A DNA stretch of 64,000 bases, from the NCBI GenBank assembly GCA_040285855.1, contig JAUFOQ010000010.1, forward strand, positions 310,001-374,000. The letters run 5' to 3'. The notes under the pieces are model-generated. The model was not told the DNA's origin, did not search any database, and worked only from the letters and a program-made list of their open reading frames with translations. The translations under genes and the position numbers were made by a program. Below are positions 11,906 through 26,160 of this stretch, in pieces (positions within the stretch are counted from its first letter, which is position 1; each line of letters starts with the position of its first letter). This DNA comes from Eukaryota sp. GEM-RC1. Taxonomy: Eukaryota.

Positions 11906-14759
11906 ATGCAAGGTCATTCTTGTTACATCTGCAAGACTATAGGACCTTTCTCTATTCATATCTGCTGTGATCGTTATGTTTGTCTCAATGAATGTCTTGA
12001 TCTGTGGAGATCTAGTTCACATCCTTGTGATTCGTGCAACTTCCTTCCTTCCTCCTTCCTCGCCGCTCCACGTGATGTCCTTTCTTGTTCTACAAACCGT
12101 TCTTCGTCTCCAAGTATTGCCTCTCCCAATTCCATTCACTTACCACATTCCCTATTAGTCTTGGTCAAGTCTCACTTATTGAACCGTATGTACAAGTCCT
12201 ACATTGAAACTCCTCAACCCTATAACGTCAACACACATGCCTTCAACCAATTGTTTGCTGAACTCCCGTCTTTCTTTGAAAAAGTTGGTTACGTGAGTCA
12301 ACGTTTTTTTGAATCATGTTTCACATCAATAAGAGTGTTTTTCGAAACAAACACGTTTTCAATGACGTGTGAACACCTTCCACTTGTTTTTGCTTCTGTT
12401 ACTTTGTTTGGACTATATCCACAGTCTGTTTACTTAGACGTGAATTATGCTATCAAGTCAGATGACGTTTGCCAGTCATTAATTGATACATCTATTGTCA
12501 CACACTTAAGAGCATATTACGGCGTTCACTTTGATTTACACAGACTACTTGACAATTCTTCTTCTTCTTCTTTCCTTTCACGTCTACGAGTTCTTGAAGT
12601 TACCAAGATACATAATGATTATTTTTGTTCTTTTGTAAATCTCTAATTCATAATACTTCTGTTTTGGACTTAAGAATTGTCTTAGATGATCTGTATACAA
12701 TCGAAGCTGTTGCCCTGGCAGAAATGATTTGTTCAAATAACACGTTGAAAAAACTCTCTTTTGGGTGTTCTGAGTCACTTCAAGAGGAACATTCTCTCAT
12801 TCTGTTCACGGCAATCTTCAATTCATTTATTCAAAAAATTGATTTATCTCTTCTATCTATTGAAAATTTCAATGTTCTTTCAACACTACTGGAGAGTTCT
12901 AGTCTTAAAAGTGTTGTATTCCCTGTGAGCTGTAGTATTGATTCTACTGTAGTTAATCGTCTCAAAAAATATTCATCTATTGAAGAAGTTGTAATATCAG
13001 GACAAACACTCACTTCTGAACATATTGATGATGTTTTGAAATTTTTACTTGTTTAAAAAAACTTGAAATTCATGGACTATTTTCAGTGTCATCAATTTTT
13101 AAATCTCTTGAAGCAAATACTTCGCTACTGGAACTAATAGTTACTACGTGTAATCCAAGATTAACTTTGGATTCTTCCACACGACTTACTGATGCCGATG
13201 TTTTATCATTAGTGGACATGTTACAAATGAATAGCACTTTACTTGTCTTAAATCTGGAGGGAATAACATTCAGTTCATCTCAATTTAAATTAATTCTAGA
13301 AGGATTGGAAAATAATTTGATATTAAAGACAGTCACTCTTAATGCATTGTATTTAGATTCTTTAATATTGATATTTTATGGAATTAAGACGTATAGATTG
13401 GTTCCAAGTTTTAAAGTTTCACCCCATGCTATTAATGCTATTTCAGGGTTTATTCATTATGAAAAGGAGATTGAAAATCAGGATTTAATTTCTCTTTTGA
13501 AAGCGTTAAAATCAAGTATTCCCATAAAACGAGTGGAATGTCCAGGATTCAAAATAACCAATTTAGAAGAACTTTTTAATTTAGTTCAATTTTGCAACAA
13601 CGTCAACAATTCAGCCACTACTTTTGATATTCCTCCTCGTTTTATTGACACTGTAAATGGTTCATTTTGTTTTTTACCAGCAAGTTTTACTGACATTGGT
13701 ACTGATGAAGTTTCATCTATACAAATTCTCTTGCAGTATTTCCGTATCAACGAGCTTACTCTTAATAGGTGTAGATTTACTGATGACGCGATCACAAATT
13801 TGTGTGATTTAATTAAGGTTAACAATTCATTGACTTCTATTGACTTCAGTGAGTGCAACTTTCTTGGGGACAAGGTAATTAACGCAATTCAATTGAATTC
13901 TTACTTAAAGAAGATAAATCTTAGTTATAATCCAATTGGATTCACAAGTCTTTTGACCATTTTTGAACTCGTTTCAACCAAGCAATTAATCTCAAATATT
14001 CAAATTTCTCCTCATTTCATTGATTATTCACTCGGTTCTATAACATATAAGAATCGCATCAACAACTGTGACTTGAATTCACTCTTAAAAGCTCTAAAAT
14101 CTAACGCTCCTATTAAACGTGTTGATTGTCTTGGATTGAGAAATCCAAATCTTGAAGAACTTATTATGTTACTTGAAATTCTATCCATTAACACATCACT
14201 AGTAGATCTTGATATATACCCTCATTCTATTGACATTGACAATGGTGTCTTTTTGTTTGCTCATTTGTCTCCTAAAATTACAGTAGAAAATATGTCATCT
14301 TTATCATCTGCTTTAAAGGGCTTTAGTATCAAAGAACTTGCTTTTAAAGGATGCCTGTTTACCAACGATGCGTTGAGTGTTTTGTGTGATTTAATCAGGG
14401 TTAATAGTTCAATAAGTATAATTGATTTTAGTAATTGTTCGTTGTGTGATCAAGGTTTCTTGGCTGTACTTGGTGTTTTCGAGTTTCTGCCATGTCTAAG
14501 CAGAGTCAATTTTAGTTGCAACTCTATTACTGCCTTTGGAGCTAGTGAATTTGCTGAATTCTTAAAAATTAATAATTCCATTACTGAAATTGATTTTTCA
14601 AGTAATTCTATTGGTAATGGAGGTGCGGCAGCATTATCTAAAATATTTAAAATTAATACCACAATTACTTCAATTTGTCTACGAAATAACTCTGTTACCG
14701 AAAGAAAACGAAAATTAATCAGAAGACTTTCAAAAGGTAGAATTTTTTTCTCCGAGTGA
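11906..14759 (+). CDS. LRR family protein with N-terminal Cys-rich zinc-finger-like motif and composite repeats (frameshifts near 12630 and 13045)
   Basis: MQGHSCYIC...CCDRYVCLNECLD; FFEKVGYVSQRFF; two IKRVEC/IKRVDC composite repeats; terminal NSIGNGGA LRRs; breaks fall in T/A runs. Confidence 0.78.
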
Positions 14760-14911
14760 ATTGCTTTGTCATGAACATATTCTCCTAACCTTGTTGATTT
14801 TTGTCTCAAATGAAGTTAGCCACGTTTTGTTCTGGAATCAGACACTTCTGATGTAAGAAGTGTAGTTCACTGAAGCAACAAGACATTTATCAATCTCACT
14901 TATATGTATTT

Positions 14912-14973
14912 AATGATATCAAATTTTAGTTGGTTGATCTATTACATTTATAATAAAAGTAAATATAAAAAAG
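14912..14973 (+). mobile_element. Extremely truncated non-LTR family C 3' tail with TSD
   Basis: AATGATATCAAATT...GATCTATTACATTTATAATAAAA matches the reverse complement of 22660-22712; A-rich tail; ATATGTATTT at 14902-14911 and 14974-14983. Confidence 0.7.
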
Positions 14974-15489
14974 ATATGTATTTTGTAATGACATTGCTTC
15001 AATAAACGGTACATTAGGCTATTATCCACTATGTCATAAAGAAGAGTGTTCGTGATGTGGGATATCTCGAGAATTTCATTCAGCATCACATCTATAACTA
15101 TTAAATCAAGAAAATTGTAATTTTTAAAAGATTTACAGATTACAGTTTTCTTGATTTAATGTACGGTATAGTCTAAATTAAAACTGTACAAATATTCAAA
15201 TTGTTAGGTTGTCAGATATTTACAAATTTGAGAAATCTCAAACATACAGTAATTTCATATATGATTACACACACATAAAACATCTTTATTACTACCTTTG
15301 GAAGTCTTTTGATGATCTCTATACATACGTCAGCATCTTTGGCACTTAAGAGATGGTGTTGGTTACACTTTCAGCATCTTTTTTGTATCAAGAACATGTA
15401 ATATCTTAGTTTAGGCTCCAACTACTTACCACAGAACTACTTACATTTAATTTATATGATTTAAACAACTACATTTGACTAGTAGAGAC

Positions 15490-16080
15490 CCATGTGCGCA
15501 AATCTTTGGTACGTACCGTACGTACCGATTTATTTTAGTCGTACCGATGTCATTTGATTTTATTAAATGCCCTGTTTACGTATGGTCTAAATGTATTTAC
15601 AAATATCATTTTTGTAGTGGAGATTCATTGTTGCGTCAATCACTGTACTAGTACAATTTGCTTCTGCATCTTATAATCGTTTAAAAATACACTCATTGGG
15701 TTTTAGGGCCCTTCATCCATGTTACATCTCGTAACAGTCGCTCATTGAATGCACTGTGAGTCGGAGACGCTACCATTGTTGATGTCATGCTATTACTGAG
15801 ATTTGTATATACCATTGTCATTTTGGGTAAGTTTGTGGTCATCAAATGATGTATCCTATTTTTGAATAAGGTTGACAATCGTTATCCTAATATCATGAGC
15901 TTAGTTTAACGGCACAATGTATGACGATGGTAACTCTTAAAATGTCATAGTGTATTATCATGTTCAAATTAGTAATAATAGATTTTAGTCGACCAAAAGT
16001 ACAGTACCGGTACATGTACCGTACGTCCGTACGTACGGTACGGTACGGTACGCCTAAAATCGCTGCGGTTCGGAACATTT
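15490..16080. mobile_element. Second hAT-like MITE with (GTACC/GTACG)n subterminal repeats
   Basis: 8-bp direct repeat GTAGAGAC at 15482-15489 and 16081-16088; degenerate TIRs CCATGTGCGCAA / TTCGGAACATTT; inverted CGTACCGTAC / GTACGGTACG clusters near both ends. Confidence 0.68.
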
Positions 16081-16753
16081 GTAGAGACACACTATAACTT
16101 AAGTGAATTGTGATTGATCTGTTTTGTGTAGTGCTGACAAACACATTCAACTAGTGTGAGTCATATACTTTGATTGAAAATATCCGGCAAGAATTTGCTC
16201 AGATGAACAGAATATTACTATACGGTAAATAATGAACTTATTACCGAAATAGTAAAAAAATTTTATATATATACAGTAGAATGTACTACATTCAGTGATA
16301 TGATAACACTGACTTCCTGTATAATTTGTATATAGTTTTCTTGGGCAAACTTGAAGTACTCGAACTACAAAAGTTGATTTACAACTAAAATGAAGTCAAG
16401 TTCTAGTGCAAATCGTTTAAATACCAGATTGGTATTATGAAACATAAAGAGTGTCATTCAAAGTAAACACATAAGAATACGAGAACTGTCAAACGTGTTA
16501 ATTTGAAGGTCATTCTCAGACAACTGGTATTTGACATATTTGAATAGAAGTGCTTGACCACTTAATCGAATCAACGTGTTACAAATAAAGTGAAACTGTT
16601 TTAGCTTTGGATAGACTAATTAAGTCAAACTTCTGGATCCTCTAATAGAAGTTCAACACAGATGGACCGCAAATCACAGAAAATGAAGACTGTAGTATGA
16701 TTTTGATCATGACTTTAGATTCGTTTCATTCAATCACATTGTTCTGTCTTTCA

Positions 16754-18648
16754 ATGCAAAACTTCTCTTGTTCCATATGTCACTCTCTCAGCACCCACAG
16801 TTCCGTCATCTTCTGTAATCGCTTTTATTGTTCAAAAGAATGTCTTGATCAATTCAGGTCGAGCTCTCACCCTTCTACTTCTTCTAATGGAACTCCCTCT
16901 TCTTCCAGCTCCCCTCCTACTGCTCTCTATGGTAGAACTAGTTTCATTGCCCCTCTCTCCGCATCCCTTTCCTCTCCTAAGCACATCCATCTACAACAGT
17001 CGTTATTAATCTTGGTCAAATCTCAACTACTTCGAATGAAGTACAATAAACTCCAGGATCTACATTGCGATGACGTTGGTCCCGCCTTTATCGATTTTCA
17101 AGACCAGGTTCTTTCTTTTTTCAAAAAAGTAGGATATTTGAGCAATCAATTTTTTAAACACGCTTTCTATGCAACTACTATGTTTTTCCAATCCAACACG
17201 TTTCATGTACTTTCCAAACACCTCAAAATACTTTCTGCATTTGCCGCCTTTTTTGAGTCAGAGATTAAGTCAATTTTCCTACAAGTAGAAGACTCTTTTA
17301 AACTCCAAGACATTGTTCCATATACTTCCATCATGTCTCATGTTAGAATTTGTCTTGATTTTGTTGAAGTTAATGGTGACTCAAGTCTTTCTAATTCTAA
17401 TGATGATGATTACACTATGCCACATATCTTACTTGATCATTCTTCTTCTTTCTTTTTACAAAATCTTCGAGTTCTTGACATTACCATTGACAGTTCTGGT
17501 AATAAGTTTTCTACTTTTTGTAAAGATCTCATCGTTAACACTACTATCATTGAACTTCATATTCTAATTCTTTCATTTACCATAACCGAAGTTGACTGTC
17601 TTTCAGAGGTTTTCAAATCTAATACCACGTTGAAGATATTTTCCTTGGCTTGTGATTCTATACTTTCAGATGAAGAATTGATGACGTTGTTCACCGCAAT
17701 TTCAAATCATTCATCAATTGAAAAAATTGATTTAACTCATTTTAATATTGAAAGATCCAAAGCTTTTAGACCACTTCTACTCAATTCAAAATCTAGTCTA
17801 AAAAGACTTGTGTTTCCCACGGGATGTGTTCTTGATTCTAAAGAAATTAATACTCTCAAAGTCAATTCATCAATTGAAGAAGTTGTTTTGAAGGAAAATA
17901 TATATAATTCTGATGATATCGCAGAAGTGTTAACAATTAATAGTTCTTTACAAAAAATAGAAATCGAGGACTATTATTTAGCCTGTGATGTCGCACTATC
18001 TCCAATTTTTAAATCATTAGAAGCTAACACGTCTTTATTAGAACTTGTAATTAATTGTAGGAAATCACTTAGTCCCCAAGAATCTGAGTCTTTATTAACA
18101 ATGTTACAGAGAAATACCACTTTGCTTGTCTTAAGTCTAGATTTAAAATTTAAATCAATATTATTTAATGACATTTTAACAGGACTTGAAAGTAACTCAA
18201 ATTTAATGAAAGTTTTCTTTCTTTCATTGGATTTAAGTTTTTTAATATCGGTATTTAAGGGAATCTCTGCTGATAGATTTTGTTGTTCTATTGATGTTGA
18301 TCCTCATTTAATTGACGTTAAAAATGGATTCTTTTGTTTTTCACCAAAAAGATCTACTCAATTAGTTACTGAAGAAATCTCTTCTTTACAGTGTTTTTTG
18401 GAGTGTTTTAATATCAAAAGCTTATTCTTAATAGATGTTTATTTACTGACGGAGCAATCACCGCTTTGTGTCATTTAATTAAAGACAATAAGTCATTGAC
18501 TTCTGTTGACTTCAGTGGAAGTTACCTGTCTGAGAACGATGCTTCAAGATTAATAACTTCAACCTTTTCCAGTTCTAGTTCAAAACAGGTCAATATTAAT
18601 CTTGGGTTTAATTCCGTTGGTGACGAAATGTCTATGATTTTAGTTTAA
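16754..18648 (+). CDS. LRR family protein with N-terminal Cys-rich motif (3' end frameshifted or degenerate)
   Basis: MQNFSCSICH...FCNRFYCSKECLD; IHLQQSLLILVKS; FFKKVGY; LRRs; one PHLIDVKNGFFCFSP unit; frameshift in an A-run near 18418. Confidence 0.75.
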
Positions 18649-19173
18649 ATTTTTAAAATGTATTTTATTTTAATTTTTCATCTACTGACTGAGATTAATC
18701 TTGTGGGAACTCTCTGGAAGTTAAATCTAAAGAGCTTTCGGAGAACTTATCAAATTTGATTGTATCATGTTCTAGTACTTGATTAAATGATTTTCTCCTA
18801 ACATTACGACTCTTCATTTTAATTAAATAATGTTTGAACTATGGTACATGTACATTTTTTTATCAAGTCTGGATTTGGAACCAACAATTGGACTAAAACA
18901 AATTTGAAATATTGATGTACTTTTTATCAAACATGTATCTGAAGTTAGTCAATCACGGTTGCTAATCCAATTTCTCAAATTACATCAGTTACATTTATTA
19001 CAATTACATTTATTTAATTTGTGCTCTCCAATGCTGAAAGACTACTGAATCGGTGCACATCCAACTTGAATCCGACTAAATCTTTCTAGTTCAGAATACT
19101 TCTCGTTATTTTCAACAGTATTCAGTTGAGGAAACCTATCAACATCCATCACTACTTTGTGAGTGGAAATAAT

Positions 19174-20790
19174 TTAAATAAGAGCCATACTTCCCACTAC
19201 ACATTGTTCATTCATCCATAACGGAATGTTTAATCCACGAACATTAACTCTTTTAATAGGAATATTTGATTTAATAGCTTTTAAAAGTGACATCAGATCA
19301 GAGAAGTCGACGTGATGTTCATAACGAATATAACCAGACGAAAGGTCAATGGAATGATGAGAAATTGGAATGTTGTCTATCACCAAAATACCAATGGAAA
19401 GAAGTTGAAATAGAGAAATAAGGCCTTCTAGATTCGTACTTCCCAAGCCACTACATTCAACACGTTTAATGGGGATAGTGGACTTTGAAGCATTCAAAAG
19501 GAAATTTCATCAACTTCAGCTTCATACCGAATTAAACCGAGAGTAAGATCAATGACAGGAGGCTAATAATCAATTACTGGTATCAACGTGTCACTCAGTA
19601 CTGCTTCAAAAACCAACATTAAACAACTTAAATCCAAAAAGGAAAACAAACTTTCTTTACTGAAACCCTTCTAAGTCCTTGTAGAAATGTCTTCAACTGA
19701 GAGGAACTGAATCTTCTTCCCTCGAGATTCAAGACAAGCAAACTACTGTTAATTTGTAACATATTTGTTAATGATTGAACATCTTGATCACTAAGACATT
19801 TTCTGTGGGAATAAGAGCTGTAACTGTTAAGTACTATTAGTTCTATAAAGGAAGTGTTTAATTCAAGAGATTTTCAAATTGGTGAAAACGATAATAATCC
19901 TTCATTGATTACAAATATTTTCAAGCTAGTATTAAATTCCAGAAGATTAGCAAGATCACAAGAATTCAACTTATGGCGTTGCAAACCAACTTCTTTAATA
20001 TGTGAGCTTTTCATGAGACCGTAATAGATTGAAGAATGAAGATAACAATTTTGAGGAAACTTAATGCTTTTAATACTAGAATTGTCTAGAAGTAAAGTCA
20101 TATTTGAACTTTGAACTCGGAAATCAAATAAATTAATTTATTCAATTTTTGAATTATTTGTAAGGGAATTAAATAGATTAAAATATTGTTCATCTTTAAA
20201 TAAAGAGAGATAAATTAAAGAAATTCTTGTCACAGTGTTTATTAACACAAAACACCTTTGCAAAAGAATCGATTTCGACTTCTGTAGAAAAGTCCATATC
20301 AAGATTGAATTCTACAACACTAGTATTAATCATGAGACACTGACAAAACGTAGCGAAGTTATCCTGAGAACTGTCAAGAGTAATGTCAAGAATTCCAAAC
20401 TTTGGTAAGAATAACACAGAGGGTTTAGAAATTCAGTCAATTTTGAAATTCTTAAATGAGAAACAATAGTCGTATCGGTTAGTACATGGCGTTCATCATC
20501 TGCCTTATTGCTATCAGTCACGTCTAAGAAAACAGACCGAGGATATGGTCCAAACAAAGTAACACAAGAGTAAAGAAGTGGAAGGGGTTTACACTCTACC
20601 GTAAACATGTTTCTTTCGAAAAACACTCTTATTGCTGGGAAAGATGATTCAAAAAACGTTGACTCACATAGCCTACTTTTTGGAAAGAACGACGGGATTT
20701 GAGAGAATAATTGAAAAAAGGCTGAAGGCATGTGTGTTGACATAATAGGGTCCAGGAGTTTCAATGTAGGGCTTGTACATATGGTTCAAT
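19174..20790 (-). pseudogene. Degenerate paralog of the 11906 LRR gene, 5' end lost next to a LINE insertion
   Basis: Fragments VTLFGPYPRSVFLDV, CLMINTSVVEF, IPIKRVECSGL in several frames; closest to 11906-14759. Confidence 0.78.
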
Positions 20791-20859
20791 AGGAATTTTT
20801 CCATAATAATTTGTTATAACAATAATAATAATTTCTATAATAACAGAAGAGTTTAGTTG

Positions 20860-21988
20860 CAACAATAAATTAATACATACTAATTCAGAAAATGAAAGAA
20901 GTTAAATTCTCCACATCAACACGGGAATTGTCCCCATACAACTTCGAATATATGGAACATAAATACTTGGGAATGCTTCTATAAAGAACAAACATAATTC
21001 GATTGTTCCATACAGCGCTATTAAACACCTTGCCATTAGAACGACATAAAAGACTAAAATCACTGAAAAACTTTAAACCGGCTGGACCAATATTACCAAA
21101 AATTGAAATTGCAAATGGAACAAAAGAAAACTTAGAATATAGATTTTCATTAAGTTTCTGCAAAGCATCTACATAATTTGAACACTTTCGCTGTTCAGCC
21201 TTTTCCAGATGACCATTCGAATCATTCAGTATGGAGTCTTGGTAGACTTTTGCAAAAGGGTCAACTGTAGTAAAATCAACCACAACTTGAGATGAATCCA
21301 GAAAAGGAGCAATTAAGTCACCACGCCGAGAATCAAACACGTTATTGTCACTATAATGTTTCAGAAGAGTCTCAATTTTACAACTATAGTTGTAGGATTT
21401 GAACATTTCATAAGTAACGTCACGAACAGCGTTATGTAGAACAGATCGAAATTGCAAAAATTTCTTGCAACTAACAACATGACGAAACGTGGCTGTAGAT
21501 CGGTTATCGCAAACACAGATTGAATTATTTAGTAAGCCACTAGGGAATAAACCTAATCGAAGACGCATATTTTGCTTCCAAGCATCATTGTTCAAATGTA
21601 AACCAAAAGGTCTAGGTTGTTGAGTGATGAAGCTAGAACATTGTTGAATGTCACATAAAAAAAGCTGCAAAGACGGGATTATCAATCTTAGTCACACTAA
21701 GTCTTTTACTAAAATCCAAGTCTTCCAACCCAAGTAATGTAGCATTCTGTAACTTAACTACAGCAAGAGGTAGAAATTCAATTGACCGATCAGGAATAGA
21801 TGAAACACTTTTCGGGAAACTTTTGTTCCAAACTTCAATAGGCAAACCTTGAACTAACTCCTCCAAAGAGTTCAATAAAGCGTAAGAGCCGTCTACAACT
21901 GAATCGAAAATATTTTTGAACCGAAGCTTACTCTCAAAAAGAAAGTTCTTCATACCACCAACGAAAGCACTTTTACATAAATACTCAA
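20860..21988 (-). mobile_element. 5'-truncated RLE non-LTR retrotransposon family B
   Basis: ORFs 21651-21953 and 20885-21685: NMRLRLG, CVC..H..C, LHNAVRD, RRGDLIAP..VDFTT, AEQRK..NY, FVPFAISIFG. Confidence 0.88.
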
Positions 21989-22439
21989 AAATAAATATTA
22001 AATATTATAAATAAAAATTTCTATAATAATAATAATAATCTTTTTTCACCATATTTGTCGAAATTACATACCTACTATTGTCTGGTGTCTTGCTATATAT
22101 TGCAAGTTAGAACGTTTCAGAGCATTCTGATCTCAAAGAAGAAGCACAACATCATTATTACAACTAGTAAACGTACATGTACATGAGTTTCGATTGTTTT
22201 CCGTTACAAAATTCTGTTGGGTCTATCATTGCTATAATTATCAATATTATGGAATTATGCTTGTAATAATAATAATCACAATAAAAATAATAATAATAAT
22301 TATTTTTCCAGTTCATAATTTCAAGCTATGGTTCTGAAGTGAAATATTTCTTGCATGACAGACAGTGTTCAATTCAAACTGTTATGCTTGTTTTTATCAT
22401 GTACACTGGAATATAGATTTTAATTACTAGTAGTATACA

Positions 22440-24300
22440 AGAGTTTATTTGCAACAATAAATTCATACATACTAATTAATTTGTTAAATTCTATACATCA
22501 ACACGGAAATTGTCCCTATACAACTTCGAATAAATGACACATAAATACTTGGGAATGCTTCTATAAAGAGCGAACATAATTCGATTAATCCATACAGCGC
22601 TATTAAACACCTTTCCATTAGAACGACATAAAAGAGTAAAATCTTTTTTTTTCTAAATCAAAATTTTATTATAAATGTAATAGATCAAACAACTGAATTT
22701 GATATCATTAAAACGACACCCGTCACTATCAAACCTTACAACAGCTTTGTCCTCATAAAAGGAACTCACTGCTAATAAAGCTTTGGAGATGATTAGGGGA
22801 ACTGTTTTAAAAACAGTAAAAACGATCCGATTCAACCATAACATATGATCAAAACGTTTGTAAATTCTATTTTTTACGATTTTTCCGAAATCGTTTAAAC
22901 AATTCAATGCACTTTTTCCTAAACGTCCGTAAATTGGAAACATCAAAAGAGCATAATTCGCAGTCAACATGTTTTACATGTTTTAAAGCCATCAATGGTT
23001 TCTTGTACTTATCCTGTTTGGCCTGTTCAGAAATGTCTAAAGGAGAAGTTTCAGACGAAGCGTTTTTTAAAGATGTCTTTTTACAAACATCCACTGACAC
23101 TACATAAAAAAAACAACAAACAATTTGTCTGAAGAAGAAGGAACAACAACATCTGCTCTCCGTTTACCAAAAAATTGGTTTTGTTTTTCGACATTACAAT
23201 TATTACTTGGTTCTAAAGATCTTAGAAGTGGTTCAACAAATGACTCAATTTTGTAAGACTTACACATAGCATGTATTTGATCTCTTACAGTATCATGCAT
23301 ACACGTTCGATAAGTTATGTAGCGATTACAACTTAACAGATGAGAAAACGTTAATTGTTTTCCACAGATACATTGAAGATAATTTGGCAAATTATATGGT
23401 CATAAATAACAACGAAGTCCCATTGTAGTTGTCCATTGATCATTTAATAACAAACCATATACTTGTGGAATTTGATTAATTAATGCCACAGCAGAACTCT
23501 CCTTTAAATCAATTAAAAAATTAGCGAAAGCTGGATTTTTTTCAATATCCGAGCTAAGACGGATTGTAAAATCTAAATTTTCAAAGTATTTTATAAAATG
23601 ATTTTGTAGCTTTTTTAAAGCAAACTTTAAAGACAAAATGTTTCGACATGGAATTTCTTTGATATCAACAGGAAAGCAAGTTGACCATAGCTCAGGAGAA
23701 AGATTTCCTATTTCACCACGGAGATGATTAAGATAAAAGCTGCTAGTACTTTCAAGAAGAGAAGTTCTTGATGGATATCGATTACCAAATTCGAATACAA
23801 AATTCTTTCCACCACCAATAAAAGCTGCTTTAGTCCACCAATTAGAAGATGTAAATCCCAAACCTCCAAGAAATGGACTGGAAAATTTGTGGTTATTTAA
23901 ATTATTGAGGTTGAGTTGAAGAAGAAATGAAAGAAAGTCTGTGTCAATTTTGTTAAAAGCTCTACAGAAATCATACGATAACTCAGGAGCAAGGAACCTT
24001 CAAATATGACTAATTTTACGAGAATAACAAATTTTGAGCATGAAAAGATCAGTAAAAATCAGTGAAAAACTTTAAACCGGCTGGACCAATATTACCAAAA
24101 ATTGAAATTGCAAATGGGACAAATGAAAACTTAGAATATAGATTTTCATTGAGCTTCTGCAAAGCATCCGCATAATTTGAACACTTTCGCTGTTGAGCCC
24201 TTTCCAGATGACCATTCGAATCATTCAATATAGAGTCTTGGTAGACTTTTGCAAACGGGTCAACTGTAGTAAAATCAACCACAACTTGAGATGAATTCAA
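22440..24300 (-). mobile_element. Family B copy split into 22440-22643 and 24051-24300 by a family C insertion
   Basis: The two pieces join into the contiguous family B sequence ACATAAAAGAxTAAAATCAxTGAAAAACTTTAAACCG seen at ~21045-21080. Confidence 0.75.
22644..24050 (-). mobile_element. 5'-truncated RLE non-LTR retrotransposon family C with poly(A) tail and TSD
   Basis: GGLGFTSS, CIC..H..C, MHDTVRD, VEP, RRADVVVP, EQAKQDKY motifs; T9 run from 22644; TSD AGTAAAATC (22635-22643) / AGTAAAAATC (24051-24060). Confidence 0.87.
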
Positions 24301-24429
24301 AAAAAAATAGATTTTAATTAGTATTGGTATAATACCTACTGACTCAGGGTAGAAACATCATAAGGGCTGTTTTGTCTAGTAACTTAAAGAATGAAAATGT
24401 CAAGAGGTGTACTGTCTAAAGTACTGTGA

Positions 24430-24545
24430 AAAACGAGCCCTGTGTTAATCTCGAAAGTTCTTTTAACACTGAATATTTTCTGTGAAGAAAAGCTTCTGTG
24501 AATGGTAATGAATGTTGCTTTAATGTTACCGAGTTCTAGTTTTTG
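24430..24545 (+). mobile_element. Decayed 3' tail of a family C-related non-LTR element
   Basis: AATGGTAATGAATGTTGCTTTAA..GAGTTCTAG matches ~25914-25952. Confidence 0.55.
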
Positions 24546-25059
24546 TTCTCATCTCTTCGATAAAAGAATCTGTATATAAAGTATTAGAACTGTCGGCTTT
24601 TGTTGCCGAACTGTTTCAGTGAAGAACATTATTTAGTATTAAGTTAAACTGTTAGATTGCGGGTTAATCCAGCATCAATAAGAGTACGCTCAATGTGACT
24701 ACTCTCAAATCTAACACCCCAATCATAAGTAGACTAATTAATTCAATTTTTGAAAGAAAAGTAGTCCTACTGCGCTTGTTTTTGCACATTCAACTGTTCA
24801 AATCAATGTGAGATCTCATATTGTAGCCATTTTGTGAAATCTTGTGGGTGCGAATCAGGATCACGTTGGGAGTAACAAATCTTCTATTGATGAAGCAAAT
24901 AATGTGACAAACTGGAAGACTAAATAGTCACCGCATATAGTTTTGGTCGATTATAGTTCGATGTTGATGTATTTGAAAAATGATGAACAATGGCCATTGG
25001 GTTGATGTCTGCATTTAGCGGGTGCTGTCATGGAGATTAAAACTATTATGTAATAAAAG

Positions 25060-25460
25060 AACCGGTTTTATGATCAATCCGTCAACTAATTGTTTTTGCA
25101 AACAATAATAACTACCAGACACTAGCTAAAATATCTAAACTAAGATCCTTCTGTCGTTCACCGAACAACTTACCTAAAATTGAAAAAAAATATATGTGCA
25201 TTGAACGAAACAGCTCAAAAGTTAACCAAAACCACCACTTTTCAGTGACAACTTTTACCGTAATCAGAACATAATTTACCGAAGAAAGTTAAAAGACCTT
25301 GTGCAGCTGGTCCACCATTACCTTATATCGACATCGCAAAAGGTTGAAACACAAAAGAATTGTACCTGTCGACATTCTACTGGTGAATTGAATGACAGTA
25401 CTTTGTATATTTTGCTTCTACAGCTACTTCACGAGCAGAAAAATCATCATCTACAATGGT
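25060..25460 (-). mobile_element. Decayed 3' end of another RLE non-LTR family
   Basis: The reverse strand encodes EAKYTKY and SFVFQPFAMSI..G.GGPAA, the same C-terminal motif as families A and B; the lower boundary is approximate. Confidence 0.55.
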
Positions 25461-25464
25461 GATT

Positions 25465-25985
25465 CTAAAAAGACTTTTGGTAAAAGAAGAGTTGATGTCA
25501 TCGTTCCATAAGTCAATGATGAACTAACAATTTTTGATGTAATTACTGTGGATGTTTGCAAAAACCTTTTGAAAAAAATTGATTTAAGGATGCTAAAAGT
25601 GAAGTTTCTCCATTGGCTTTTCCGAACAATTTAAGAGAAACAAATGCGATGTTCCCTTGACTACTCTCAAACATACTAGACATGTTGAGTACAAATGATG
25701 TCTTTTGCAATTTCAATTTATGGTCGACTTGGTTAAGATGCTCTTGTTTTCTCTCTGATTTTGAGAAAGTTGTCAAAAAGAATGAACAAGACATTTGGTT
25801 TTAAATTTTGGTTGAATCGCATTGTCTTTACAACATTTAAAACAATTCCTATTATGATTTCAAAAGCTCTATTAGATCTCAGAATTTATGAAGGAAAAGC
25901 TGATGTGAGTTTTAATGGCAATGAATGTTGCTTTAAAGGTATTGAGTTCTAGTGTATTAGTGTATATCTTAGGTTTTTGTTCCAT
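25465..25985 (+). mobile_element. Degenerate family C-related non-LTR 3' fragment
   Basis: FGKRRVDVIVP, VDVCK, EVSPL, YGRLG, WLNRIVFTTFKTIP, homologous to 22653-23180. Confidence 0.75.
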
Positions 25986-26160
25986 AAAATTTTCCTATAG
26001 AAAAATCATCATCAAAAATCTTGGAAATTGATCTTGAAATACAAAGATCAACAGATTGAAATCCATGAAGAAAAATAATTCCTGACAAGATAACCAACAG
26101 AGGAAGAATATAGTAAGTGTTCCAGATCAAAAATTTTAGGCGGAAATACTCAATCTTCCA

